From positions 640,001 through 704,000 of the forward strand of contig OZ241996.1 of the NCBI GenBank assembly GCA_965204535.1: a DNA stretch of 64,000 nucleotides. The letters are read 5' to 3'. A program made the translations under genes and the position numbers. The notes below the pieces were generated by a model, which was not told where the DNA came from, did no database searches, and saw only the letters and a list, made by a program, of their open reading frames with translations. Below, piece after piece: positions 11,249 through 20,403 of the stretch. Origin of the DNA: a bacterium (GTDB taxonomy: Bacteria; UBA8248). How positions within the stretch are numbered: the stretch's first letter is position 1; each line of letters starts with the position of its first letter.

Positions 11249-11421
11249 CTTGGAATCTTCTCCCCTGGTGATTATTTTCTGGAATCCACCCGCATCATTC
11301 CTCATGGGCGGGGAATGGGCAAGCGCGTGCGGGGGTCGTCTTTTCCCCCGGCTTTTGCTCTCGCCCGAAACAGGGTACATTGGAGGGATGCAAAAGGCTC
11401 AGGTCTCGCAAGACAGGAGGG

Positions 11422-12012
11422 ATGAGCATGAGAAAGAGACTCTTTGCTTCCATTTCGCCGCCGAAGCGCCCCATCCGTTTCATTGTTGTTCTGTCCATGC
11501 TATTCGCCCTGGTATCGGCTATGGGGTGCGCCCGGGGGAAAAAAGCCGCTGAAGTTCCGCGCAGCGGCAAGGGCGAGATCGTCGTGACGAGCAGGCCCGA
11601 GGGCGCCGTCGTCATCTTCAACGGAAATCCGCGCGGGGAGGCCTATAAACTCAGGCCCGTCGAAATCAAGGGCGTGGACTACGGGCGTCATTCGATCCGG
11701 GCGGAGTTTCCCGGCTACGTCGGCCAGGTTCTCGAAGTCGACGTGCGCGCGAAAAAGACGTCCATCGAGATGCGGTTGACGAGAGAGGGCGCCGGCCGCC
11801 TCGTCGTCCGCTCCGACCCGCCGGGTGCGGAGGTCTTTATCGGGAGCCAGTACTACGGCAAGGCGGCCCCGGCGATCGAGGTGACGAATCTCACCCCGGG
11901 CGAGTATTCGATGTGGCTGCGGCTGCCGGGGCACGGGATGGAGCGCCGAAACGTCATCGTCGAGCGCAGGCGCGAGCGCCGCTACATGGTCGTTTTGGAC
12001 AAAGCGCCCTGA
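11422..12012 (+). CDS. PEGA-domain protein, probable lipoprotein
   Basis: two PEGA repeats (VTSRPEGAVV, VRSDPPGAEVFI); hydrophobic leader ending AMGC. Confidence 0.8.
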   Translation: MSMRKRLFASISPPKRPIRFIVVLSMLFALVSAMGCARGKKAAEVPRSGKGEIVVTSRPEGAVVIFNGNPRGEAYKLRPVEIKGVDYGRHSIRAEFPGYVGQVLEVDVRAKKTSIEMRLTREGAGRLVVRSDPPGAEVFIGSQYYGKAAPAIEVTNLTPGEYSMWLRLPGHGMERRNVIVERRRERRYMVVLDKAP

Positions 12013-12093
12013 ATTCGTCCGGTTGCCGATCGGCTGGTTCATTCACCTGACTGAACTGCGAACCCGGTTTGCGCCTGTTACTCGCGCTTCGGG

Positions 12094-12491
12094 GGTTGTT
12101 GAAAAAGCCCCCACAGGGCCCTGCAAGTAGAGGGTTTGTAGGGACAGGCCCCCGTGCCTGTCCCTGCGAAGCGTAGTCACGGGGATGATCATATACGATG
12201 TGGGCGGCCACAGGGGGCCGCCCCTACGGGTGAATATGCTTTTGATCGTCATTCCGGCGAAAGCCGGAATCCATTTGTTTTGCCTTTGTGTTTATTTCCT
12301 GATTGCTTCCCCCAATGACGGGGAGATGAAAAGCCGGCGTATCGTCATTCTGCTTGAAAATGGATCCCGGCTTAAAACATGCCGGAATGACGCCTGCAGG
12401 GGCGGTTCGCGAACTGTGGGACAACCCCGAAGAGGGGTTGTCACTACAAAACCATCGTACCCCCACCGCTTAAGGGGAGTTTTCAACAGCC
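12094..12491. mobile_element. MITE-like element carrying REP-like palindromes
   Basis: ends GGTTGTTGAAAAA and TTTTCAACAGCC; flanking 10-mers GCGCTTCGGG and ATGCTTCGGC (7/10). Confidence 0.65.
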
Positions 12492-12628
12492 ATGCTTCGG
12501 CGCCGATTTGCGGACTTGATCCGTGATGGCGATGGCTTTAATCTTGGAGGACGTGACCCGCATGAAGTTTCAACGCTTCTTCCAACGCGCGCGCTCCGCA
12601 CGTCCGGGAGGCGCCAAGGAGACGAGAG

Positions 12629-13735
12629 ATGTCCACCGAATACATTTGGGCGCTCTGCTCTCACAGGGCGGGGGACGGGTCGCAGGTGAACCAGAAGACG
12701 CCCGAGCGCCCCGCCACCCTGGATTATCTCGCCGAGGTGACGGCAGCGGCCGAGGAGGCGGGCTTCGCCAACATCCTCGTGCCGTGCGGCACGCACTGCA
12801 TCGACGCCTGGACGACGGCGGGCGCGATTTCGAGCCGGACGAAGAAGATCAAGTTTCTCGTGGCTTTCCGGCCCGGAATCACCGGCCCGGTCTACGCGGC
12901 GCAGCAGGCGAACAGCCTCGATTACCTCACCGGCGGGCGCTGCACGCTCAACGTCGTGACGGGCAGCACGCCCGTGGATCAGAAAAGATACGGGGATTTC
13001 ATGCCGCACGACGATCGCTACGCGCGCACGGGCGAGTTCCTGGACGTGGTGCGCAAGCTCTGGAACGCGGAGGGGCCGCTCGACTACAAGGGGAAATTCT
13101 TCGAGATCGAAAACGCAGGGATATTCCCCGAGCGGGTGACGAAGCCCAATCCCCCGATTTACCTGGCGGGAAGTTCCGACCCCGGCAAGCGGGTGGCGTG
13201 GGAGCACGGGGACGTGCACATGATGTACGCCGCCGAGCCCGAAGTCGTCGGGAAGGACATCGAGGAGGGCAAGCGCGAATCCCGGGCGTATGAGCGCGAG
13301 CGGCCGCTCAGCTACGGTATCCGCCATCTGGTCTGCGTGCGCGAGACGAAGAAAGAGGCGGTGCGCGCCGCCGAGGCGCTCATCGAAGGGAGCGACATCT
13401 CGAATACGGGAACGTGGAGTGACATGAAAAACGTCACCGAGTCCACCGGACAGATGCGCATCAACGAGATGGGCTCGCGCGACAGCCTCTGGATCACCGA
13501 TACGATCTGGATGGGCGTGAACAGGGTGCGCGGCGGTGCGGGGACGATGTTCGTCGGCACGCCGGAGATGGTCGCGGGCGTGATTCGCGAGTATTACGAC
13601 GCGGGCGTGCGGCATTTCATCATGAACGGATGGCCCCACAGGGAAGAGGCGGAAATTTTCGGCAGAGAGGTACTGCCGCTTCTCAATGACACCGAACCCA
13701 TCGTATTGCCTGAACCGGCCGGCGTCGCCGCGTAA
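12629..13735 (+). CDS. LLM-class flavin-dependent monooxygenase (SsuD/MsuD-like)
   Basis: ATLDYL, FLVAFRPG, GGRCTLNVVTG, HDDRYART.EFL, IYLAGSS, FVGTPE. Confidence 0.88.
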   Translation: MSTEYIWALCSHRAGDGSQVNQKTPERPATLDYLAEVTAAAEEAGFANILVPCGTHCIDAWTTAGAISSRTKKIKFLVAFRPGITGPVYAAQQANSLDYLTGGRCTLNVVTGSTPVDQKRYGDFMPHDDRYARTGEFLDVVRKLWNAEGPLDYKGKFFEIENAGIFPERVTKPNPPIYLAGSSDPGKRVAWEHGDVHMMYAAEPEVVGKDIEEGKRESRAYERERPLSYGIRHLVCVRETKKEAVRAAEALIEGSDISNTGTWSDMKNVTESTGQMRINEMGSRDSLWITDTIWMGVNRVRGGAGTMFVGTPEMVAGVIREYYDAGVRHFIMNGWPHREEAEIFGREVLPLLNDTEPIVLPEPAGVAA

Positions 13736-13750
13736 TCGAAAAAACTGGAA

Positions 13751-14284
13751 ATGACTCCCTACATCCTTGTTTTCGGCGGCAGCCGCAGGCCCCAGAACAA
13801 TACCGATAAGGCCCTCGCCCTCGCTCTCGATGAGTTGGGGAAGGGCGATTTCGAGATCAACCGCGTCCACTTGGGCGATCTGGATTTGCCCCTGCCCGGT
13901 GAGCCGAGCGACTCGAAAGATCCCGATATGCTGAAAAGTCTCGTGACGGCGGCGGCGGGCATCCTCATCGCGACGCCCGAGTATCACGGCAGCATCAGCA
14001 GCACGCTCAAGCTGGCGATCGACAACCTGGGCTATCCCTCCACGTTCGAGGGCAAGACCATCGCCATCCTGGGTGTGGCGATGGGGCCGAGCGCGGACAA
14101 CGCCCTCGCGCACCTGAGGCACATTCTCACCCACATCGGCGGAGAGGTTCTGCCCGGTCAGGCTTCCATCGGGAGCGTCCACAAGGTCTTCGACGAGGAT
14201 GGGCATTGCATAGACGAGGCGGCGGAGGCCGCAATCCGGAGCGTCCCCGCCCGGCTGCTCGACCATCTGAAAAATTCATCCTGA
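13751..14284 (+). CDS. NAD(P)H-dependent FMN reductase (SsuE-like)
   Basis: GGSRR, ATPEYHGSISSTLKLAID; adjacent to the LLM gene. Confidence 0.9.
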   Translation: MTPYILVFGGSRRPQNNTDKALALALDELGKGDFEINRVHLGDLDLPLPGEPSDSKDPDMLKSLVTAAAGILIATPEYHGSISSTLKLAIDNLGYPSTFEGKTIAILGVAMGPSADNALAHLRHILTHIGGEVLPGQASIGSVHKVFDEDGHCIDEAAEAAIRSVPARLLDHLKNSS

Positions 14285-14291
14285 AACGAAA

Positions 14292-15047
14292 ATGTCCGAC
14301 TCCGGATCGAGTTTTCTTCACAGAGAAAACGGGAATTCGCTCGCCTGGTTCCGGCTGGAGGGCGAATCGCCCGGCCTGATGTTCCTGGGCGGTTTCCGCT
14401 CGGACATGAGCGGGACGAAGGCGAGCGCACTCGAAGCCCATTGCCGGAAGGTGGGGCGCGCCTACGTTCGCTTCGACTACGGCGGACACGGGGAATCTTC
14501 GGGGAAATTCGAGGAGGGCACCATCGGCGAGTGGGCGGCGGACGCGCTGGCGATCCTGGATGAAGTCGCCCGGGGACCCCAGGTGCTCGTGGGTTCCAGC
14601 ATGGGCGCGTGGATGATGCTGCTCACGGCCCTGGCCCGGCCCGAACGCGTGAAAGGCCTCGTGGGCGTAGCTTCGGGCCCTGATTTTACGGATGGCTTCA
14701 AGAAGCACAGGCTCACCGAGGAGATGGAGCGTGAACTCGACGAGCGGGGATACGTCATGCACGCGCCCAACATCTGGGGGGAGCCGTATCCCATCACAAA
14801 GAAACTGCTCGATGAGGCAGAGAACCATCTGCTCCTGCGCGGCGAGATCGGTGTGACCTGCCCCGTGCGCCTCATCCACGGAATGGCCGATGAAACGATT
14901 TCCTGGGAGGTATCCCTGAAGCTTTCCAATGTACTCAAAAGCGACGACGTGAGGCTCATGCTCGTCAAGGACGGCGGCCACCGGCTCTCGCGGGATGCGG
15001 ACATCGAACTCATCATCCGCACCGCCGAGGAACTGGCGGGCGGGTAG
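14292..15047 (+). CDS. alpha/beta hydrolase (ABHD10-like)
   Basis: GGFRSDMSGTKA, FDYGGHGES, GSSMG, DGGHRLS. Confidence 0.9.
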   Translation: MSDSGSSFLHRENGNSLAWFRLEGESPGLMFLGGFRSDMSGTKASALEAHCRKVGRAYVRFDYGGHGESSGKFEEGTIGEWAADALAILDEVARGPQVLVGSSMGAWMMLLTALARPERVKGLVGVASGPDFTDGFKKHRLTEEMERELDERGYVMHAPNIWGEPYPITKKLLDEAENHLLLRGEIGVTCPVRLIHGMADETISWEVSLKLSNVLKSDDVRLMLVKDGGHRLSRDADIELIIRTAEELAGG

Positions 15048-15134
15048 GGGAAGAAAACTAGGATGTTGTTTTTACAATAATTCTCTTCATACTGATGTCT
15101 TCATCCACCAACCAATGTTTGAAGGGGAGAAAAA

Positions 15135-15941
15135 ATGTATATCATTAGTTCAAGAAAAGATTTTTGGAATGATAACGAAATTTCCAGCAATCCAGACGAA
15201 ATTAAGGAAGTTGTTGATTTTGATGATGTGATTTTAGAACCAAGGGAAACTTCCAATTATGAGTCGTTGATTGCTGACAAAAAGGTGCTCCTGCTTTGTC
15301 ACGGTTATAACAATGAGCCCCATGACGTGATTCGTGCGTATAAAATTGTAGATGAGATGCAGTCAAAACATATAGGTTATTTCGACGTTGTTGTTGGTTA
15401 CACATGGCCGGGTGGTGATGATTTCTTGGATTATTATGCTGCGAAAAACCGGGCTTCGGCGGTGTCGCCAAGGTTCACAAAACTATTGAAAACTACCATA
15501 AGAAATTGTTCAGAACTGGGAATTATGTCCCACAGTACTGGATGCAGGATATCTCTTATTGCATGTGAGAGGTTAAAAGTAATTGCATTCAAAAAGTGCG
15601 ACAAACTCTGGCAGTTTATGATGGCAGCTGCTGTGGATAATGAATCGGTTGAAACTGGTGAGCGGTACTACGATGCCACTTTATATAATGATAACGCCTA
15701 TATCTTTCATTCTAAGAACGATGATGTTTTGGGTATTGGCTTTACGTTAGCCGAGTGGGATTCGGCGCTCGGTTACAGTGGACCTGAGAATATCGACGAT
15801 ATTGTCCCTGCGACTAAAGTCATCAACTGTAAGCATGTGGTCGAATCACATGGTGCGTACAAGCGAACTCAGCAAGTCTATGATTATATTCGTAAAGAGT
15901 TAATGGACTCTCCAGCGAATCAATTCGCAACGCTCCGATAG
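15135..15941 (+). CDS. alpha/beta hydrolase of DUF900 type, AT-rich
   Basis: HGYNN, YTWP, SHSTG, AAAVD, HSKNDDVL, SHGAY; visibly lower GC than neighbours. Confidence 0.75.
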   Translation: MYIISSRKDFWNDNEISSNPDEIKEVVDFDDVILEPRETSNYESLIADKKVLLLCHGYNNEPHDVIRAYKIVDEMQSKHIGYFDVVVGYTWPGGDDFLDYYAAKNRASAVSPRFTKLLKTTIRNCSELGIMSHSTGCRISLIACERLKVIAFKKCDKLWQFMMAAAVDNESVETGERYYDATLYNDNAYIFHSKNDDVLGIGFTLAEWDSALGYSGPENIDDIVPATKVINCKHVVESHGAYKRTQQVYDYIRKELMDSPANQFATLR

Positions 15942-16097
15942 ATGCTTGAGCTTTTTGTGAGAGTTATTATCCATTGTGACAAAAAGGCGAAACCTTCGCA
16001 TGATTCAATTGTTGTTCTGCGGTATCTTGATTCGGGCTGGTTGTCGACGACGCATAAGCCTTGATTTCCGAGAATGCGCCGCACGAGAGGCGAAGAG

Positions 16098-16415
16098 ATG
16101 AAAAAAGAGCGCATGGTGGGTGCGAGGCTCCCTCTGGAACTGGTCCGCGAACTGGAACTCATCGAGAATGTGGAGCAGTCCGACCGTTCGACCACCCTGC
16201 GAAGGCTGCTGTCGAACGCGGTTCAGCAGTGGAAGCTGGAGCACTATTCCCGGCTCTACGGGGACGGAAAGGTCACCCTTGCGCGGGCGGCGCGCGATGC
16301 GGGAGTTTCCCTGTGGGAGATGATGGACTATGTGCGCAGCCGAAAAACGCCGGTCCAATATGACCTCGAAGATCTCGAGCGAGACTTGCAAACCATCCAT
16401 CAAAAGGATGGGTGA
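16098..16415 (+). CDS. RHH + UPF0175-family protein (putative antitoxin, no partner toxin seen)
   Basis: N-terminal VGARLP...DRSTTLRRLL; C-terminal LYGDGKVTLARAARDAGVSLWEM. Confidence 0.75.
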   Translation: MKKERMVGARLPLELVRELELIENVEQSDRSTTLRRLLSNAVQQWKLEHYSRLYGDGKVTLARAARDAGVSLWEMMDYVRSRKTPVQYDLEDLERDLQTIHQKDG

Positions 16416-16633
16416 TCCGTATCCGGTTTGAACGGTTGATACCCACTCGGCCTTCTTGCGCTTTTCATATTTGTGAGCACCGCCCCGGCGCATATGCCTG
16501 AACAAACGGCTTGACATCAACCCTTTGGAATCGTTAGTTTTAATTCGTAAGTTTTCTCTTCTTGTTTACCGCCCCTTTACAATCCTTTGAAGACGGTTTT
16601 CTGCCGGGATGAATTTCCGACCTTGAGGGGGGC

Positions 16634-18004
16634 ATGAAAATCAAAAAGAAACTCTTCAGCCGCATCGGGCGCCGCAAGGAATCTACACCTCCAAAGCCGG
16701 GAGAAGAGGGGTTTGATTTGCCGCCTCCCACGGCCATCAAGCCGGGCGTTCCGTATTCTGAGAACGAGGCGGAGCAAAGCGGCTATGGCTCTCACTTTGA
16801 GTTGTTGGCTTCCGGTGAAACGCCGAGCCCGGATGCGACGGGCGAAACGGATGCGCAAGAAAGCGGCTATGGCCTCGATCTGGAGTTGCTGGCTTCGGAT
16901 GAACGGCAAGGCGCGGAACCGGCGAACGTGGTGGACGCGCCAGAAAGCGGCCATGCCCCCGCCCCGGAATCATTGGCGGCGCCGGTCTCGGAGGAACCGC
17001 CGGGTGAGGTCGGGATACCTCGCGGGTCCGAGCCGCTTGAGGGATATGGTGATGGTTTCGATGTCCTGGCCGTGCCGGAACCGGCTGATTCGCCGGATGC
17101 AGCCGAGCCGCCTCTGAAAGGCGAGGAGGCCGCCTCTGGCGTGACTGCAAGCGATGGGGAGGCGTTAGAGTCCGCTCCTGCGATTCTTGAAGAAAGCGAG
17201 CCGGAAACAATTGGCGATGCCGCGCCTGCGTTTGAGGAAGCCCCCGACGCAGCCGAAAGCGTCGTGGGGGGATATGCGCCCGTGGCGCCGGAGATTCCTG
17301 GAGACAGCGGAGTGCGTGTTATTGACGATGCTGTCTCGGAGGATGATGAACCTCCGGCGGCGTCGATCCCGGATGATTCGGTGGATGAGGCTGTGCCATC
17401 TCACGAGCCCGGGCCGCTTGAGGGATATGGTGATGGTTTCGAGGCCCTGGCCGTGCCGGAACCGGTTGATTCGCCGGATGCGGCCGATTCGGATGAAGAG
17501 CAGGACGAAGCCGTTTCGGTTGTCGAGGAGAAGGTCGTAGAAGTGACTGCATCCGATCTTGCAGTCCCTCATGAAGATGAGCCGGGCGCTACGCCTGGTG
17601 TCGTTTCGGAACATGAGGACGTCACGGACGTAGTTGAAAACGCCGTGGAGGCGGCGGCCTCCGAACCGGAAACCTCTCAGGAAAGCGTGGCGGAGGCGAT
17701 GGTTTCGGAGCCGGAAACGCCTCGGGAGAGCGAGCCGGAGGCCGTCGAGGCGGCTGCCGACTTGCCATTGGAAGAACCGGACGAAGCCTCGGAACCCCCT
17801 CTCCAGGAAAATGGGCTCCTCCCTCTCGTGAGAGATGCGCGCAGAGTCTGGCGGCCCGGCAAGGGGTTCAGCCGGAGCGAACTGCGGGAAGCCGGCTTGA
17901 GTCCCGCCGAGGCTGCGCGCCTGCGCATCCGCGTCGACAAGCGCCGCCGCAACGCGCACCCGATGAACGTCGCAGCCCTCGAAAAAGCGAAGAGCGGCGT
18001 TTGA
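16634..18004 (+). CDS. acidic low-complexity protein with C-terminal ribosomal protein eL13 (L13e)-like domain
   Basis: RBS GAGGGGG; about 390 aa Glu/Ala/Pro/Asp-rich region, then PLVR..RPGKGFSRSELREAGL..AARLRIRVDKRRRNAHPMNV. Confidence 0.85.
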   Translation: MKIKKKLFSRIGRRKESTPPKPGEEGFDLPPPTAIKPGVPYSENEAEQSGYGSHFELLASGETPSPDATGETDAQESGYGLDLELLASDERQGAEPANVVDAPESGHAPAPESLAAPVSEEPPGEVGIPRGSEPLEGYGDGFDVLAVPEPADSPDAAEPPLKGEEAASGVTASDGEALESAPAILEESEPETIGDAAPAFEEAPDAAESVVGGYAPVAPEIPGDSGVRVIDDAVSEDDEPPAASIPDDSVDEAVPSHEPGPLEGYGDGFEALAVPEPVDSPDAADSDEEQDEAVSVVEEKVVEVTASDLAVPHEDEPGATPGVVSEHEDVTDVVENAVEAAASEPETSQESVAEAMVSEPETPRESEPEAVEAAADLPLEEPDEASEPPLQENGLLPLVRDARRVWRPGKGFSRSELREAGLSPAEAARLRIRVDKRRRNAHPMNVAALEKAKSGV

Positions 18005-18111
18005 GGGGGTATTGCTAGGTAAGGGCAGTTGCCATCAAGAATGCCACTCCTTGTGAAGTCTTTTCCCTCCCATGCCGTGATCATTTCATAATCTATACCC
18101 CGACTTCTTCT

Positions 18112-18176
18112 TGCAACGAAAAAATAGTTGCATTTCTAGGGTTTGCTCTATACAATGCAACTAATTTATAGTTGCT
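18112..18176 (+). promoter_or_regulatory. hicAB promoter with two palindromic operators
   Basis: TTGCAT(18128)-N17-TACAAT(18151) overlapped by TGCAAC-N9-GTTGCA (18112-18132) and TGCAAC-N9-GTTGCT (18156-18176). Confidence 0.75.
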
Positions 18177-18214
18177 CTAATGGTTTGAGCCAGTGATATT
18201 TAGACAAGAGACCG

Positions 18215-18469
18215 ATGAGCAAACACGAGAAGCTGCTGGATAAGTTCAGGAAGAATCCAAAAAATTTTACATGGAACGAATTGGTTCAGCTATTGGAGGG
18301 ATTGGGTTATCGGCAGTCAACGGGAGGAAGAACGGGTGGCTCACGGCGAAGGTTTATTCATTCGTTGGCTCCCCGGATTTTCTTTCACCAGCCCCATGCC
18401 GAAGGAAAGTTGAAGCCATATGTCATACGTGAGGTAAGAAAGAAGTTGGAGGAAGGTGGTTTGTTGTGA
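18215..18469 (+). CDS. hicA: HicA toxin
   Basis: FTWNELVQLLEGLGY, GGSRRRF, HQPH, LKPYVI. Confidence 0.9.
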   Translation: MSKHEKLLDKFRKNPKNFTWNELVQLLEGLGYRQSTGGRTGGSRRRFIHSLAPRIFFHQPHAEGKLKPYVIREVRKKLEEGGLL

Positions 18470-18532
18470 AATACATCTAAAGGGGAATGGCGGGGAATCA
18501 GATTTGCTCACGAGGATGGAAAGGGGCCAAAG

Positions 18533-18883
18533 ATGATCGGAGCTGTATTGAGGTACAAGAATTATCAGGGATCCATTGAATATGACGAGGAAAGCGAAAC
18601 CTTGCACGGCAAGGTGCTCCACGTGCGGGATTTGATTACATACGAAGCCGAAACCGCCAGGGAACTCAAGAAATCGTTTCAGGATTCGGTGAACGATTAT
18701 CTGGAAACGTGCGAGGCGGAAGGAATCGAGCCGAACAAGCCATACAGCGGGTCTTTCAACGTGCGTCCGGGACCCGCGCTTCATGAGAAACTTGCCCGTA
18801 TATCGGTCGCGCGCGGCCGGAGCATGAACGCCCTTGTGAAAGAGGTGCTCTCGGATTTCGTCTCGAAGGCGGATGAGGCCTGA
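18533..18883 (+). CDS. hicB: HicB antitoxin
   Basis: YKNYQGSIEY, FQDSVNDYL..C, KPYSGSFNVR..PALH, C-terminal RHH. Confidence 0.92.
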   Translation: MIGAVLRYKNYQGSIEYDEESETLHGKVLHVRDLITYEAETARELKKSFQDSVNDYLETCEAEGIEPNKPYSGSFNVRPGPALHEKLARISVARGRSMNALVKEVLSDFVSKADEA

Positions 18884-18907
18884 AGGTGAGGTAATCCCTG
18901 AAAATCC

Positions 18908-18982
18908 TGGCTCCGGCGGTAGGATTCGAACCTACAACCCATCGGTTAACAGCCGATTGCTCTGCCGTTGAGCTACGCCGGA
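18908..18982 (-). tRNA. tRNA-Asn(GTT)
   Basis: TCCGGCGTAGCTCAACGGCAGAGC..ATCGG-CT-GTT-AA-CCGAT..GGTTCGAATCC..CCGGAGCCA. Confidence 0.97.
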
Positions 18983-19073
18983 GTGAGAGGCGTTTCGCCT
19001 GAGTCGATATTCTACCGGATTCGGCACCGGCTCCCAAGCGTAAGGGGTTTATAGGGAAGCGGGCGCGGGCTTG

Positions 19074-20015
19074 TCAAGACGTCTCGGGTCCGCGCCCTTC
19101 CGCCAACTCGTGTTCTTCGTCGCCCAACGCTCGCCGGATCGCTTCGGCCAGACCGCGCGGGCGGATGCCGAACATCCCGAAAGCCATCCCATCGCTCACG
19201 GTCGTCTCGTTGCGGAGGCTTTCGACGAGTTTGCGCCCGACCCTGGCGTATAAGGGAGTAACCAGCGCGAGCCACAGGCTCGACAGGCGGGGGGTGAGCA
19301 CCGGAACGGCGATCATCACCCTATGCAGTCCCCGCTGACGGGCGTATTCCGCCATGATGTCCCCGTAGGAGGCGCGGTCGGCTCCCCCGATTTCCAGGAT
19401 GAGGCTTCGCCCCGGGGGAGCGTCGAGAGCGGCGACAAGGTAATCGATGACGTCTTCGACGGCGATCGGCTGGGCAAGCGTGCGAACCCAGCGAGGCGTC
19501 ACCATGACGGGCAGCCTCTCCACCAGCGCCCGGATCATCTCGAACGAGAGACTTCCCGAGCCGATGATGATCGAGGCCCTCAGTTCAATCGTCTGCACAC
19601 CGGATTCGCGGAGGATGCGGCCCACTTCCTGCCTGCTCGCAAGGTGGTCGGACAACGCATCCTCGTTTCCGAGCCCGCCCAGATAGACGATGCGCTCAAC
19701 CCCTGCGGCCCGGGCCGCGGATGCGAACCCCTTGGCGGCCTCGCGGTCTTCTCGGGTGAAGTCTCCGCCGGACGCCATCGAATGAACCAGGTAGTAGGCG
19801 GTGGATATGCCGCGCATGGCCGCGGGGAGCGTTGCGGGCTTTAAGAGGTCGCCACGCACCACCTCGGTCCTCGGTGCGACATGTGGTTCGAGGGCTTCCG
19901 GGCGGCGCGCGAGGCATCGGACCTCGTGCGATTCGGCTTCGAGCCGGCGGCGTAACCGACCCCCGATGTATCCGGTCGCGCCGGTCAACAGGATTTTATG
20001 ATGGTTGTCGGCCAA
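19074..20015 (-). CDS. NAD(P)-binding SDR/epimerase (YbjT-like)
   Basis: TGATGYIG, YYLVHSM, HLASRQEVG, RASIIIGSGSLSFEM, QPIA. Confidence 0.88.
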   Translation of the reverse strand: MADNHHKILLTGATGYIGGRLRRRLEAESHEVRCLARRPEALEPHVAPRTEVVRGDLLKPATLPAAMRGISTAYYLVHSMASGGDFTREDREAAKGFASAARAAGVERIVYLGGLGNEDALSDHLASRQEVGRILRESGVQTIELRASIIIGSGSLSFEMIRALVERLPVMVTPRWVRTLAQPIAVEDVIDYLVAALDAPPGRSLILEIGGADRASYGDIMAEYARQRGLHRVMIAVPVLTPRLSSLWLALVTPLYARVGRKLVESLRNETTVSDGMAFGMFGIRPRGLAEAIRRALGDEEHELAEGRGPETS

Positions 20016-20403
20016 CGGTAGACCCCCCGTCTGGTTTTTCCGAAATGGCGGCAGGTCGCGGCGATATCCACCCGGGATGAACGGAAGCCCGAGGGCTTCG
20101 GAAAGAGTGGTATTGAGTTGTGCCGGAGAGGTTGACGAACTTTAGCGGGAAACGAAGGAGACGCTTCGTTTCGGTATCCGGAGAGCTTACAGGGTCATCG
20201 AACATGGGAAACTTCCCTGTCTGTAGCGGCGCGACTCCGAAACCCCGTGGGGACAGGGAGTCAAGAGCCAAGTCTAAACAAATTGCCCGCCTAGGGGAAG
20301 AAAAATGATCCGTCGCGGTTTATGCGACGAGACGCCGATATATCCAGTGAATCGTTGGATTTGCGAGGCGTTCAGGATGTGGAGCAGGGGAGGCGGCCAT
20401 ACG

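Noticed and set aside
15030-15060. attL copy of the tRNA-Asn 3' end
   Set aside because: Only a gapped match of about 9 nt (GGCGGGTAGG); not distinguishable from chance.
20120-20300. Tandem CCGGAGAG...GGGAAAC with CGAAGGAG, resembling a glycine riboswitch
   Set aside because: No CTCTCAGG element, the second unit lacks CGAAG, and there is no plus-strand gene downstream.
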